From Macrostomum lignano (Eukaryota), in NCBI GenBank assembly GCA_002269645.1, contig NIVC01004001.1, positions 1 to 64,000 of the forward strand: DNA of 64,000 nucleotides. The letters run 5' to 3'. The stretch's first letter is position 1, and every line of letters begins with the position of its first letter. The notes below the pieces were generated by a model. The model was not told the DNA's origin, made no database searches, and saw nothing but the letters and a program-made list of their open reading frames with translations. Below, one piece after another: positions 35,216 to 46,563 of the stretch. The translations under genes and the position numbers were made by a program.

Positions 35216-37041
35216 ACAACCAAGAGCAAATGTCATAGACCCATTTATCTGCACAGTTAAATCAAAATGATTTATCACTTTTTTCAATCCATTGCTGTCG
35301 CAAAAAAAGTTGAATTTAACTGATATTTTTTTTATCTTTCAATGAGTCAACCTGGTATGTTACTCGATCGAATGAAATACACTCCAAATGCTGTCTATCG
35401 CTGCCTTCTTTTGCTTGTTTTGTAGGCGCCATATTCCGAAAAAGTAAGAAAAAAATGTCAGGACGCATCGCTGTTTCTGTGCTCTGAATTTCCGTGCTTC
35501 AATTGTCGTGCACAGTCTCTCACCCCTCATCTCAATGTAGCTCCTGTTGTGTTTGACTTGAGCTCCGATAATTTGCTAGTAGAAAGCTGCGATTTGAGCT
35601 GCTCGCGATTTGCTATATATTTATGCTAGCGTACTGCACTTTAACAAGTTAAATAGCCGTTAGAGAGAAACAACAACAACAAAAAAACAACAAGTTAGAG
35701 AGAAACAACCAAATACTGTACGATGAGCGATGAGTCTGTGGATGACGCAATTTAGACCGAGAGTAAACGACAATGGGTGACGCATAGCGTACTTTAAACT
35801 AACCCCCAAGCACAGGTATGCGTCCGCCATAACAGCTCCCTTCATCTCACTTACTTCCCTCCCTTCATCTCACTCTTACTTCCCTCCGCAAATTTGCACC
35901 TCCCTACCCCTGCTCCTTCGCTCCCCCACTAAGAGGTCTCGCCTCATCTGCTGCGCCTGCAGTCTTTAAGCTCCCCTATCCCTCCCTCTTACTCTTCTGT
36001 TTCTGCATTCAAATTTTCTATTTTCTACTATTGGCAATAAATATATTCAATACCTTTGCTCCTCTTTTCCATTAGGCACATGCGCCTCATCTTTTGTTGA
36101 TAAAAAACGAAATAGTAATAATGTGTCGCCATCCTGGCGCAACGCCTTCGGTGAAATCGTCTCACAAGCAGCAGTAAAGCAGTTCTGCTCATTTCGCTGA
36201 CGAAAAATGCCACGACGAATGTTTTTGTCACAAGCTCGAAATGAAAATGTGGCGGCTCCCGGAATCGAACCAAAATTCGTGACTGTAAGGTCTAGGTTTG
36301 CGTGCTGAAAAAAAGGTGATTCAATATATACTCTTATATCTGTCAGTCTATATTGGGGTCATGCTGTCCGAGGCCCTGTCTGACCGCCAGAGGGCAGACC
36401 TTTAGAGTACCGAGACATGGATTCCAACAGGGTTGCACTCAAGTAAAAAGAAAATGCCGCTTACACTACGCATTCGAGATTGGGACGAGCGAGGCATTTA
36501 CATAACACTTCATTGCCGCGTCGGCCGGCCCGTCCAAGCGACCTGTTGCGCCGTCGGCGACTCCAGCTGGATGGCCACATCATCCATTTGTTCTGGCCAG
36601 AGTTTATTTAGGAGGTGCGGCTGCTTTCGCCGGTGAAGGTAGCCTATAAAGGCGCGAACAGGTGGGCCATGGATTCTACCTGAGGCCCCATATCGAGCGC
36701 CAAGTGACGCTGTTTTGAGGGACCTTCTGGGACAACGCGTATTGTTATTTTGCGTTGACAGACAATTGCTGCAATAAGAATTAATGGACTGCATGTAAAA
36801 TAAGAAAGTGTTTAGCTCAGGCTGAATCGGAGACACGCTCAAGGGTCAATCAAGGATCAAGGGTCAATATATTATCCTTGATGTAATTCTTGTCTGCATC
36901 AAGACACTCGATATTCAAAAACTGTGAACCATTTCAAAAATGTCTCTTCATACGAGCGTGTGTATAGTGTGTTCTTCAGGTTTAGTGTGTCCACACAAGT
37001 TGCTTGGAGCAGTAATATTTTCCCATTTCCGTATCCCAAAA

Positions 37042-38744
37042 CTAAACCAACTCCATAATCTGCTCAACAGTGAGCATTTCTTTGAAGATGCCGAGTACTT
37101 TGATTCGGCCGTACAAAAACTTTGTTGGCGCATTATGCCAGTTGAAGCCAAGGTAGAGGCAGCCGATTCGCTCGGGATCCGTGCCGTACGTGCTGGCGGA
37201 GGTGTAGAAGGTGGTGTCCAGCTTCACACCGTTCACCACAAAGTAGCCGGATGTCGGGCCGATGGCCATGGCAAAGTGGATTGCAGAGCCGCTGGGATAG
37301 GTGTAAGTCGATCCAGCAGCGACGGACGTTGCAACCTGCCAATCGCCAGTCAGGGAGTTCAGGAACCAGCCTTCGTTGCCAACGGACTGTTCGTTGATGG
37401 CACCGTTGTGGTTGTTGTTGTTGGAGCAGCTGGCGAACATTGCGAGCTCGGTTCGATACTTTACAGTGCCCCGAACGAAAGTGACAAAGAAGGTGAATTG
37501 CGTCCCAGCCCTGAAAGGTGTCGGTGGGATGCTTTTAGATGAGAAAAGGAGGGTCAGTGAAAAAGTTAAATTTAAATTCAAAATACAAAAAGAAAAAACG
37601 AACCTGACAAGCGAGTCGAAGCCAATGTGCGACAGGTTGAGCCTCACGAACTGCGATATGCTCAACGGAATCTGGACGCCGTCGGGTCCGATGTCGATCG
37701 GTGTGTTGTTGACGGCCGGCATGACGGTCGGGTTGGCGAGGTTCAGCATGCTCGAGTTGAAGGTGTAGAAGGCGAGCATTGATGAGGCCCAGGTGCGCGC
37801 TTTGTGCCACATGCTGCAGCCTTGGACGCCGTGGAGGCGGCTGTTCAGGTAGAGGCTGAGCGATCCCTCAAAGCAGCCGGACGCGTTGAAGACGAAGAAC
37901 TCGCAGGTCGGACGCGACGCGCAGGCGTGGGCGCAAACGTCCAGGTGATGCGGCTGCGACCAAGCGAGGTGGAGCACAGGCGGGACATTGGCGGCCGCAG
38001 TGTGGGTGCACCAGGTCTCGCTGGAGAAGTGGCTTCGCCAACGGACCGACACGGCGAGAGGCGAGAAGTCGGCGGCTGGGGCGGCGGCAGCGATGTGGGC
38101 GAAGTAGGCGGAGGCATTGAACGACACGCAGCGGACGGCGGGTCCGGCGGCTTTGGGGGCAGCGGCTGCGGCGTCGAGAATCGGCGCAAACAGGGAGCCG
38201 TCCGCCGCCAGCCGCGTGCACCATCGGAAGCAGAGGAGCTCGGCCAGGTTTTCAGCCACGCTCGTAGAATTAAGGACCAGAAACGGCGCTTCGAGTGTTT
38301 TGTTGTCTTCGCAATTCTCTAAAAGCAAATTTTTTTATTCGAAACGCGGTTCTTTGGGTTCCTGCTTAGCACTAAATTTGTGTTTTGAATAAATAAAAAT
38401 ATGTTACCCAGAGCAGTGTCCATCTTGGCGATCAGTTTGCAACTTCCGGGCGTCAGCTGAGCCGACCGGTTTCGCAGAAGCCGCCACTTATTGTTGGAAA
38501 GCGACTCGTTGCCGTGGCAGGCGATGCAGCCGCTGGTCCTGGCGCAGTGCGCTGCGCATTCGATTTTACTCGCCGCTTCCGAGGCTTCAGCAAGCGACTC
38601 CTCAGTGCTGCAGAGCCCGTTAGTCACCGAGAAGTGAGCTGTGGCCGCCTGATCCACAGTTGCCGAGGCTGCACTGAGCGCCAGGAGAGTCAGAAGAAAC
38701 GGCTGCACCAAGAGGTGCTGTCTGTCACAGTGAAATGTTTTCAT
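37042..38744 (-). CDS. Secreted protein with PAN/Apple-like domains and a C-terminal concanavalin A-like (LamG/pentraxin-like) domain, ~506 aa: complement join(38408-38744, 37604-38318, 37042-37510)
   Basis: Signal-like LLVQPFLLTLLALSAASA; PAN motifs SKIECAAHCARTSGC and CAHACASRPTCEFFVFN; LamG-like tail FLYGRIKVLGIFKEMLTVEQIMELV. Introns 38319-38407 (phase 1) and 37511-37603 (phase 2) are GT-AG; total 1521 nt. Confidence 0.7.
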
Positions 38745-40279
38745 AGGTATTGGAAATGTTTTGCTTGTGACTTCGAATTTATTGCAAATGGAGAGCGCCA
38801 CTGAAAGCTGGGAACTTTTTCTGCTGTCGATTCCCCTCAACTCTTCGCGGATGCGTCGGATAAATACTCGTCCAGACAACAGCAATCAACTTGAGTGCCT
38901 ATCAGTGCATTTGTCCGTAATTGCCGTGTCTACTGATTTGGTGGAAGTCTGGCTTGATTGTTCCTTGCGGCTGAGCAATTCAGTTTTTCATTCAATTTAT
39001 GATTGAATCAATTTTTATTTCTGTTTTGGTTTTGCTATATTTTAGCTTTTACTTGAAACCAACGTTAATAGTTGATGGCGACTGAACAGTCCATGAGCAC
39101 TGTGTTTATAATTTAATTTTTTTGCCATCTTGCCCTAGGTTCTGAAAACTTCCGTTCACTTTAAGTCATGTTCCTGGACAAAATGGCTTAGCTGAGAGAT
39201 CTTCGCTCGCTGACGAGTTTTTCAATTGTCTCAAGTGACGCTCATTCGACTGAGCCTGGGCACGCACATGGATCTCACGCATTCGACAGTGCAATAGCGC
39301 GTTAACCTTAGCGCGTTAAGGCTCCTGCCACAATTGCACTAAACAGAAATGAAAAATTTTAACTACTGCTTGAACTTTGAACTACTGTTTTGCTACCGCA
39401 GCACGTTTATTTTCTGAGCAAAAACTCGCGCATTTCCCGGTGAACCCGTCAGACTCCGGTCTGGCGGTGGTTAGCTGCAGAAAACTGCAGATGGAATTTG
39501 TCCCGTCATGCACTGTCGTTCTACTTCCCTGATCAGTAGTGTGAATCGCATCCAACCTGCAAGTTTCTATCCTATCTCCCTTTTAGCTTGTCTCCCTTCC
39601 CTTCTCCTTACCCTCCCCCATTGACAGTCACCACGGTGTCCTGCAGCATGCGACTTCGATTTCATAGTGGTTAACGCAAGCAAGAGTGACAGCCTCAACC
39701 CCAAGTATGTTGCTATATTTGACCTGCTACAGTGGATTCTACAAGCTATGCAGTTGCACAGAATCTTGCATATCCGATTCAAATGTTAAGAATCTCAAGT
39801 GAGCATCGTAGCTTGCGGCTATCATAGCCAGCTGTACTTTAGAAACTCGAGTGTACCTCCGCACGATCGGTACACACAATCCAGCCGTTTCTGGACAGCA
39901 CAAGAAAAAGATGCGCGCTAAGCTTTGTGAGGCCCCCACCCCCGACGGCACAAACCACGCGCAAACAAAACAAAAGGAAAACAACAAAAAAGTGTTCATG
40001 CAACGTGCAAAAGTCCTAACCAAACAGCGGACAGAAAGTTCGTCATCAGGTGGCCGTGTAAAAATCCGGCGGCCGTGCCACAGAAGGACGGGAAACCAAG
40101 TTTCCTGGAAAAGAGGATGTGAACTTAAGAGTCAAAATGGAGCCCGAAAATGGAGCCCCGGTCCCGATTTCTCTACGACAAGCTTAATTGACGAGAATGC
40201 CAAGATAAACGCTCTTTTTACAAGCGTATATGATTGTAGGAAGATTCTCTTTCACCTTCGTCATCAACAGCAGCTGAAC

Positions 40280-41196
40280 TCCGATACTCATGCTGAGGTT
40301 TGGTCCAGCGGTCGTCAAAGAATCGGCGATGGTGGCTAGCCTGGCCAAGCCAGGCGGACTGCAAGGACCGTCACCTGCCCAAGCAGCTGCAGCTCAAGAG
40401 CATCCTGGCAGGCTTCAGCGACCGCTTGCAAGTCATCGGATGCGTCAAGGGAGTCAGCGTTACCATCAAGCTGAGGCCAGATGCCAACCAAGTCTGCCAT
40501 CGGCCTCCTGCGACTGCGCCGTCTCTGCATGGGCTACACGTCCGCCTCAGAGATCCTCCAGCATTTGATGACCTCCGTCCTGAGCGGTCTCCCGGGCGTG
40601 CATGACGACATCCTGGTGTACGCAAAGGACATCAAGGAGCACATCCAGCGTCTTCGAGACTGCCTTGCTCGACTGAAGGAGAGCAACATCACACTGAACA
40701 TCAAGAAGTGTCGGTTCGCCCAGGGGGAGGTCGACTTCCTTGCCATGCGACTCACGGCCGCCGGCATCCACCCAAGCAAGGAGAAGGTGGAGGCCTTCCG
40801 CAGCTTCAAGCGGCCGACCAACGCGACCGAGGTCCGCTCCTTCCTGGGTCTCGTCACCTTCGTGGCCAGCTTCATCAGCAACCTGTCCGATAGGGCCTGG
40901 CCGTTACGGGAGCTGACGAAGCGAGCCGCCGAGTGGACCTGAGGCGAGCAGCAGGAAGCGGCCTTCAACGACATCCAGCAGCCAGGCGCTGGTATTCGTC
41001 AACAGCGAACTGCAGATCCAGCTGATCGTGGACGCCAGCCCAACTGGCGTCGGCGCCATCCTTGCCCAGGTACAGCCGGACGGATCGACACGGCCGGTGG
41101 CCTACGCCAGCCGCAGTCTGAGCCCGACGGAGCAGCGCTACTCCCAGACGGAGCGCGAGGCCCTGGCAGTGAAGTACGGTGGCCTGAAATTCCGGG
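40280..41196 (+). mobile_element. Decayed Ty3/Gypsy pol, 5' part (RT and start of RNase H)
   Basis: GV-HDDILVY (damaged YxDD), LNIKKCRF...FLG, PTNATEVRSFLGLV, IVDASPTGVGAILAQ...VAYASRSLS.TEQRYSQTEREALA; contains stops and deletions. Confidence 0.9.
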
Positions 41197-43645
41197 ATCT
41201 CGGCCACTGCCACGGATCGAGCGAATGACATTGCGACTGCAAGACCTCGTGTTCCAGGTGGTGTACCAGCCCGTCCTACGTTTCGAGCCAACGACAACGC
41301 CGCACCAAAAGAACGACTCGTTTCGCCTATCAGAAAGCCAACTGGGATCTTTTCCGCCAGGTCATCGAATCCGAGCTAAAACACTGGACAAAGCGCCCAC
41401 CCCGGACCGCCTCAGGGGCGGCTGCCAAGCTCGCTAACACCACACTCGCTAACACAAGGGTTGCCCCCTGGCTTCCCACCCTCGTTTAACAACAACACCA
41501 CACTCCGCGCGGCGAACAAGGCAATCCCCAAAGGCGCCCGGCGCGCCCCGATCGGCTGGTGGTGCCCCGAAGTCGAATATGCCTGCAACGCCCGACGCGA
41601 AACACTGGAGAAGCTCAGGGCGGACCTAAACAACGAGACGCTTGCTACGGATTTCCAGACTGCGGCGGCCGCCGCCACCGAGGCCATCCGCAAAGCCAAA
41701 GAATCCCTGTGGCAAGAGTTCGTCAGCGACTACCAGGCAGAACTGAAGTCGGTGGACCTCTGGGGAATCATCCACACCCTCGACGGCATATCACCAGCCT
41801 GCGGGCCGTCCGTTGCTATCAAAACCCCAACTGGACGCGTAGCCACCACAGACCGCCAAAAGGCTGACCTCTTCTGTAAAGAGTACGCAACAGTCAGCCA
41901 CCTGCCCAAGGACAAGCAGCGCGACAAAGGTATCGCCATTGAAGCCAGAGCAGCCCTGGCGGCCCCCTGTAAGCTGCCTTGGTGAACCTTACCGCTGACT
42001 ATCGCCCGATATGCCTTCTTTCCTGCGTTGCTAAGGTCGCTGAAAGGATGATCAACGAACGCCTCACCCAAGTGGAATGAGGATCAGCTGAATCAGCTGG
42101 AGTGAGGATCAATCCAGCCCAGGCCGGCTTTCGCAGGTACCGCTCCACTGAGGAGCAAATCACTGCCGTCACGCACTACATCATCGATGGCTAAGAAGCC
42201 AGCAAAGCGCTCAGCTCTCCTCGGAGATTCTTCGAGAGCCTACAAAATGCCCAAACCGTCAAACTGCACCGCAAGAGGGTCCCCACCTGCATGAACCGAT
42301 GGCTCAGAAGGTTCCTCTCGGACAGACGCGCCCGCGTCACCTGGAACGGAACCAGTAGCTGGATCCTCACCTTCTCCGATGGCCTCCCGCAAGGATCGGT
42401 CCTCGCCCCGACCCTATGGATCGTCTACATGGACGACCTTCTGGATGGCGCGCCTGAGGACGTCCTGACTATAGCTTACGCCGACGACAGCAATCTTTGG
42501 AGCTCAGGGCGCGACTGTCCGGGAGTGCGAGCAAACCCAGCAACGCGCGACCGATTGGCTCCTGTTGTGGTCCCAAAACTGGAAAGTGGACCTCAGCAGG
42601 ACCAAGTCGGTCGTTGCGTACTTCTCTCTCGACCTGCGTGAGACAAACGGAAAGCTGCAGCCACGCATCATGCTCGGCGTCTCCCAGGCCCCTTCGAACT
42701 GCACCCAAAACTGCTCGGCGTTTACCTGGATCCACAGCTTACTTTCCGCCACCAAGCCTCACTCCAACGCAGGAACCTGCAAAAACGCACCGGCGTCCTG
42801 AGGTGCCTCACCGGCCGTGATTGGGGTCAGGACTCGCATATCCTCTCACGCCTGTATCGCACCTACGCCGAATCTGCCGTCCTTCATGGCGCTGCAGCCT
42901 GGCTGAACTTCGCTTCGGACTCGTGCCGCCCTCGACATCCTGCCATGGCCGGGCAGCGGCGAGCTCCGCTGGGCCACAGACTCGCAGTCCCTGCTCCGGA
43001 GCCTCCTCGCTGGCCCATTACCGCGCCTCTCGCCATGCTGCAGGGACATCTGGGCTCTGCTCAGAAGAGTACCGTTGGGCCACCACGTCACCATCCAGTG
43101 GGTCCCCGGACACTGCAACCTGCGGCTCAACGACCTATAGCGGACAACACAGCGCGCGGCACGGCTCGGCTCCCCCAATCAGACGCTCCACTGGACCTCC
43201 GCAGCACCCGCTCGGCCATTGCTGTGCTAGTAGCCTCGGACCTCCACCAGGCCTACGCCAATGACCAGCACTGCGCGACGCATCGCTCTGCCACACACGG
43301 AAGGCCACCAAAACGCCTACCGCCGGGCTCCGGGCGCAAAGCCCAAGTGACCCTGGCCCAGCTCCGCACCGCGGCCACTGCCTCCGCCTCCGCAAATATC
43401 GCGACCGCATCGGCCTGGAACCATCCGCGACCTGCCCAGCATGCGGCAAAGCTGAGGAGGACCTCGAACACCTCATGATCCAGTGCCCGGTACACGCAGA
43501 CATCCGGGCGGAGGTCCTCGGACCAAACGCGTCGCTGACGGTCATCGCAGACGACGGCCCCGCGTGCTCGAGTATCTCCAGAGGATAGGGGCGCAGACGC
43601 GCCCCCCGGACTAGCTCTGGCCAAGAAACCATCACCACCACCACG
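41197..43645 (+). mobile_element. 5'-truncated, decayed non-LTR retrotransposon (I/Ingi-like group, RT + RNase H + CCHC) nested in the Gypsy
   Basis: YQKANWDLF after the end of the endonuclease; GLPQGSVLAP...YMDD...AYADD; RNase H TIQWVPGHC; zinc knuckle CPACG...EDLEHLMIQCP; 3' (cac)n tail at 43630-43645; frameshifted. Confidence 0.85.
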
Positions 43646-45049
43646 TTTTGAGCCGCCAGCCGCTGCCGATGCCGCCTAACAACGTTGGTGAGCAAGAAGA
43701 CGTAATCTACGTGGTCACGGCAGTCCAAGCAGCAACGCCGGTGTCCATCAGCCTGGCGACCATCAAAGCGGCCTCCAACCAAGATGCCACAGTCCAAGCC
43801 GCGCCTCACGGCATCCGCAGTGTCAGGTTCGGGACAAGAGCAACCTGAACCCGAAGCGTGAAGGCTGCACACCGTCCCCCACGAGTTGTCTAAGCTCGAC
43901 GGCCTGCTGCTACGTCTGGGCCAGATCTTCATGCCTACAGCACTGCGCTACCGGTGCCTGCAGCTGGCGCACCAAAGTCACCAGGGAATTAGAGAGACAA
44001 GGTGTGCAAGCCAAGGTGTGGTGGCCCAGCATGCGAGCATCAGTACAGGCGCACGAGGTGGCCTGCCTGAGCTGTCAGATCTGTACCCGCGAGACCACGC
44101 CAAAGGCGACGCCGCTCAAGCCGACCAAACTACCGGCGGCGCCCTGGCTGGAGCTCGGCATGGACATCTTCGGGCCCGTCAACGTCAAGTCGCTGCTCGT
44201 CTGCACGGACCACTTCTCGCGCATCCCACTGGTCGAGGTCATGTCGAGCACCACCGCCGCGGCAGTCATCCGCATGCTGCGGAATTGGTTCAGCATCTTC
44301 GGGCAGCCCATGAAAGTGACGACCGGCAACGGCCCGTCCTTCGCGTCGGCTGAGTTTAGCAGTTTCTTGGTGGACCAAGGCTCCAGGCACCACCGGATCA
44401 CTCCGCTGTACCCACAGGGCAACGGCGCTACGGAAAGGTGCAACCAGAGACTCAACAAGGCCATCGTACGGCCGTGGCCGAAGGCAGGGACTGGACGGCA
44501 GCAATCGACGAGTACCTGGCTGCGTACAGACGCACTCCGCACAGCGCTACTGGGATCGCGCCCGCCAGCGTTCCGTTCGGGCGGCAGATCACCGACACGA
44601 TCCACAACCTCCAGCACTCGCAGCCGGTGGACGCAACGAGAGCAGCCATCAAGGACAAGGACCAGCTGTCCAAGGAGAAGATGAAGCGCTACGCCGACCA
44701 AAGGGCCAAGGCAGCAGACCACTACATTCGGCCAGGAGACCGCGTCCTGCGATGGCTGCAGTCCAGACAAAAGGCCGGCGCCTTCTACGACTCAACGCCG
44801 TGGGACGTGTCCAAAGTGCTCGAAGACTCGCTGATCACGCAGCGCGACGACACCACCTGCTGCTGGTACGCCACGCAGGTCAAGCGGCTGCCAGAAGCGC
44901 CAGACCAGCCAGCCGGGCCGGCGCCGCAGCCGCCTGGCATCCCAGGAAGCTTGGAAAAAGCGGAGCCGCCGATCGCGGCTCGGCCGCACCTGCGGCAGGC
45001 CAAAGGCGGAGACAAGATCTACAAAGAAGCTGATTTGCGCATGCGCTGA
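43646..45049 (+). mobile_element. Decayed Ty3/Gypsy pol, 3' part (integrase)
   Basis: LSR.PLP, HQSHQG...WWPSM...CLSCQ zinc finger, PW...MDIFGP, TGNGPSF (second catalytic D changed to G), NG.TERCN, YRRTPHSATG; frameshifts. No LTR identified. Confidence 0.9.
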
Positions 45050-45355
45050 CTGACTGCTTGATTTTTTTTGCTTTCGTGCTTTCGTGCGCGTTCGCTATTC
45101 CATTGGTTTTATGAATCTATTCATATTTCATCATTCTGTTACATATTTTGTTACACAGTCATTAAGTTATGAATGATTGTGACATGATTCATGAAATTAA
45201 TGAGTCGAGCTGTGCCATTCTTCGGATTTTTATGCACAAGACATGCACAATTCTACGTAGGATATAAAAATGAACTCAGCGTCAATAGATGAACACTGGG
45301 TCTGCCTTCTATCAAAAGTAATAACAATTTTTGTGCTGAAAGATTTAAAACCTCC

Positions 45356-45660
45356 GGGGGGCCGTAGCCCAGCGGTAGCGCAGCTGCACTGGTGTGCCAG
45401 CGACCCAGGCTCGATTCTAAGTGCAGTCACATTAATTTGGGGCTGAATTGGAATCTCGGCTTGGCTCTGCTCGTGCAATTAACGGCCTTGAGAGCCAACC
45501 TCCCAAGGCGCAGTGAAGTGTACATACCTAACGATAATATAAAGTTAGGGCCGCTGTACACTCCTGTGTGAGTGTGTGCCTGCGTACGTATCCGCGCGCT
45601 TGTATGCCTGCTCAGGGGAGTCGGCGGAATGGGCAGTAATGCCTCTCGCCGGTTGTGTGC
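45356..45660 (+). mobile_element. Candidate tRNA-derived SINE; body similar to 47995-48170
   Basis: A-box-like TAGCCCAGCGG (45365) and B-box-like GGCTCGATTCT (45408). Body ccaaggc...agtgtacat...gggccgctgtacac..ctgtgtgag is repeated at 48000-48070. Confidence 0.55.
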
Positions 45661-46563
45661 CAATGTCGCTTAAAGTCCGCCAGGGTGCACACAACCCCCC
45701 TGCCTCTAAAAAAAATATAAATGAAAACCTCCTGTCTCCGTAATGCATTTTTCGGCAAAACATGAAACTGTCCAAGAAACGTAGTTTCCCATTCTTCTAC
45801 TTGAGTAGTCCTTGGCTCAGGTACACATTCGATAGTGCGATAGTCGGGAATGGGGGTGAGCGTGCAGGAACTCGACCTGCTTCGCAAAGCTCCAAGGTGG
45901 CTCTATCCCAAGCCCTCAGTCACATCTTCATCTTCTCATGCTTGGCGATTCAAGGGTGGAATTGGTCCGGCATCCAATCTGAATTCAATCTGCTCTCCTT
46001 CTTAACCATTCTCCATCCCAGTCACCGGTGTCCTGCAGCATGCGACTTCGGTTTCATAGTGTCTGAGGCAAGCAAAGGCGACAGCCTCAACCCCCAAGTA
46101 TGTTACTACGAGTATACATTGCTGATCTGGCATTTTATGCCACACAGCAATATCCAATTCAAATTTTAAGAATCTCCTGTGAAGTTTGAGTTTGCAGGAA
46201 ATTTTGCAGTTTAAAAAATTTAATTTGACTTTCCTCAACTGTTTAATTCCATCTGAGCTCAACAAGCAGCGAATGTATGCTTTAGCAGTGCAGAACTCAT
46301 GCAGCTCAAACAGGAAAATGATGGAAATGCTTTGTTTAACAGAGCCCAACCGTGCGCAAGCTGCAACCAGTTTAGGGACGAATGCAGCTGAATTCTTTCA
46401 TAAAAATTGCCGTCTGTCTGTATGACTGCTCCAGCCAATCCCGAATCTCGTGAAGAAACACGAAAAATCCAGGACAATGGGCTGCAGAAATGATATATGC
46501 GGAAGAATCATTAACTTTCTGACTATTTTGCCTCCCAAACAGCTTCACTGGTGCAGCATCAGG

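Noticed and set aside
45050-45350. 3' LTR/PPT of the Gypsy element
   Set aside because: No polypurine tract followed by TG and no matching repeat upstream of 40280.
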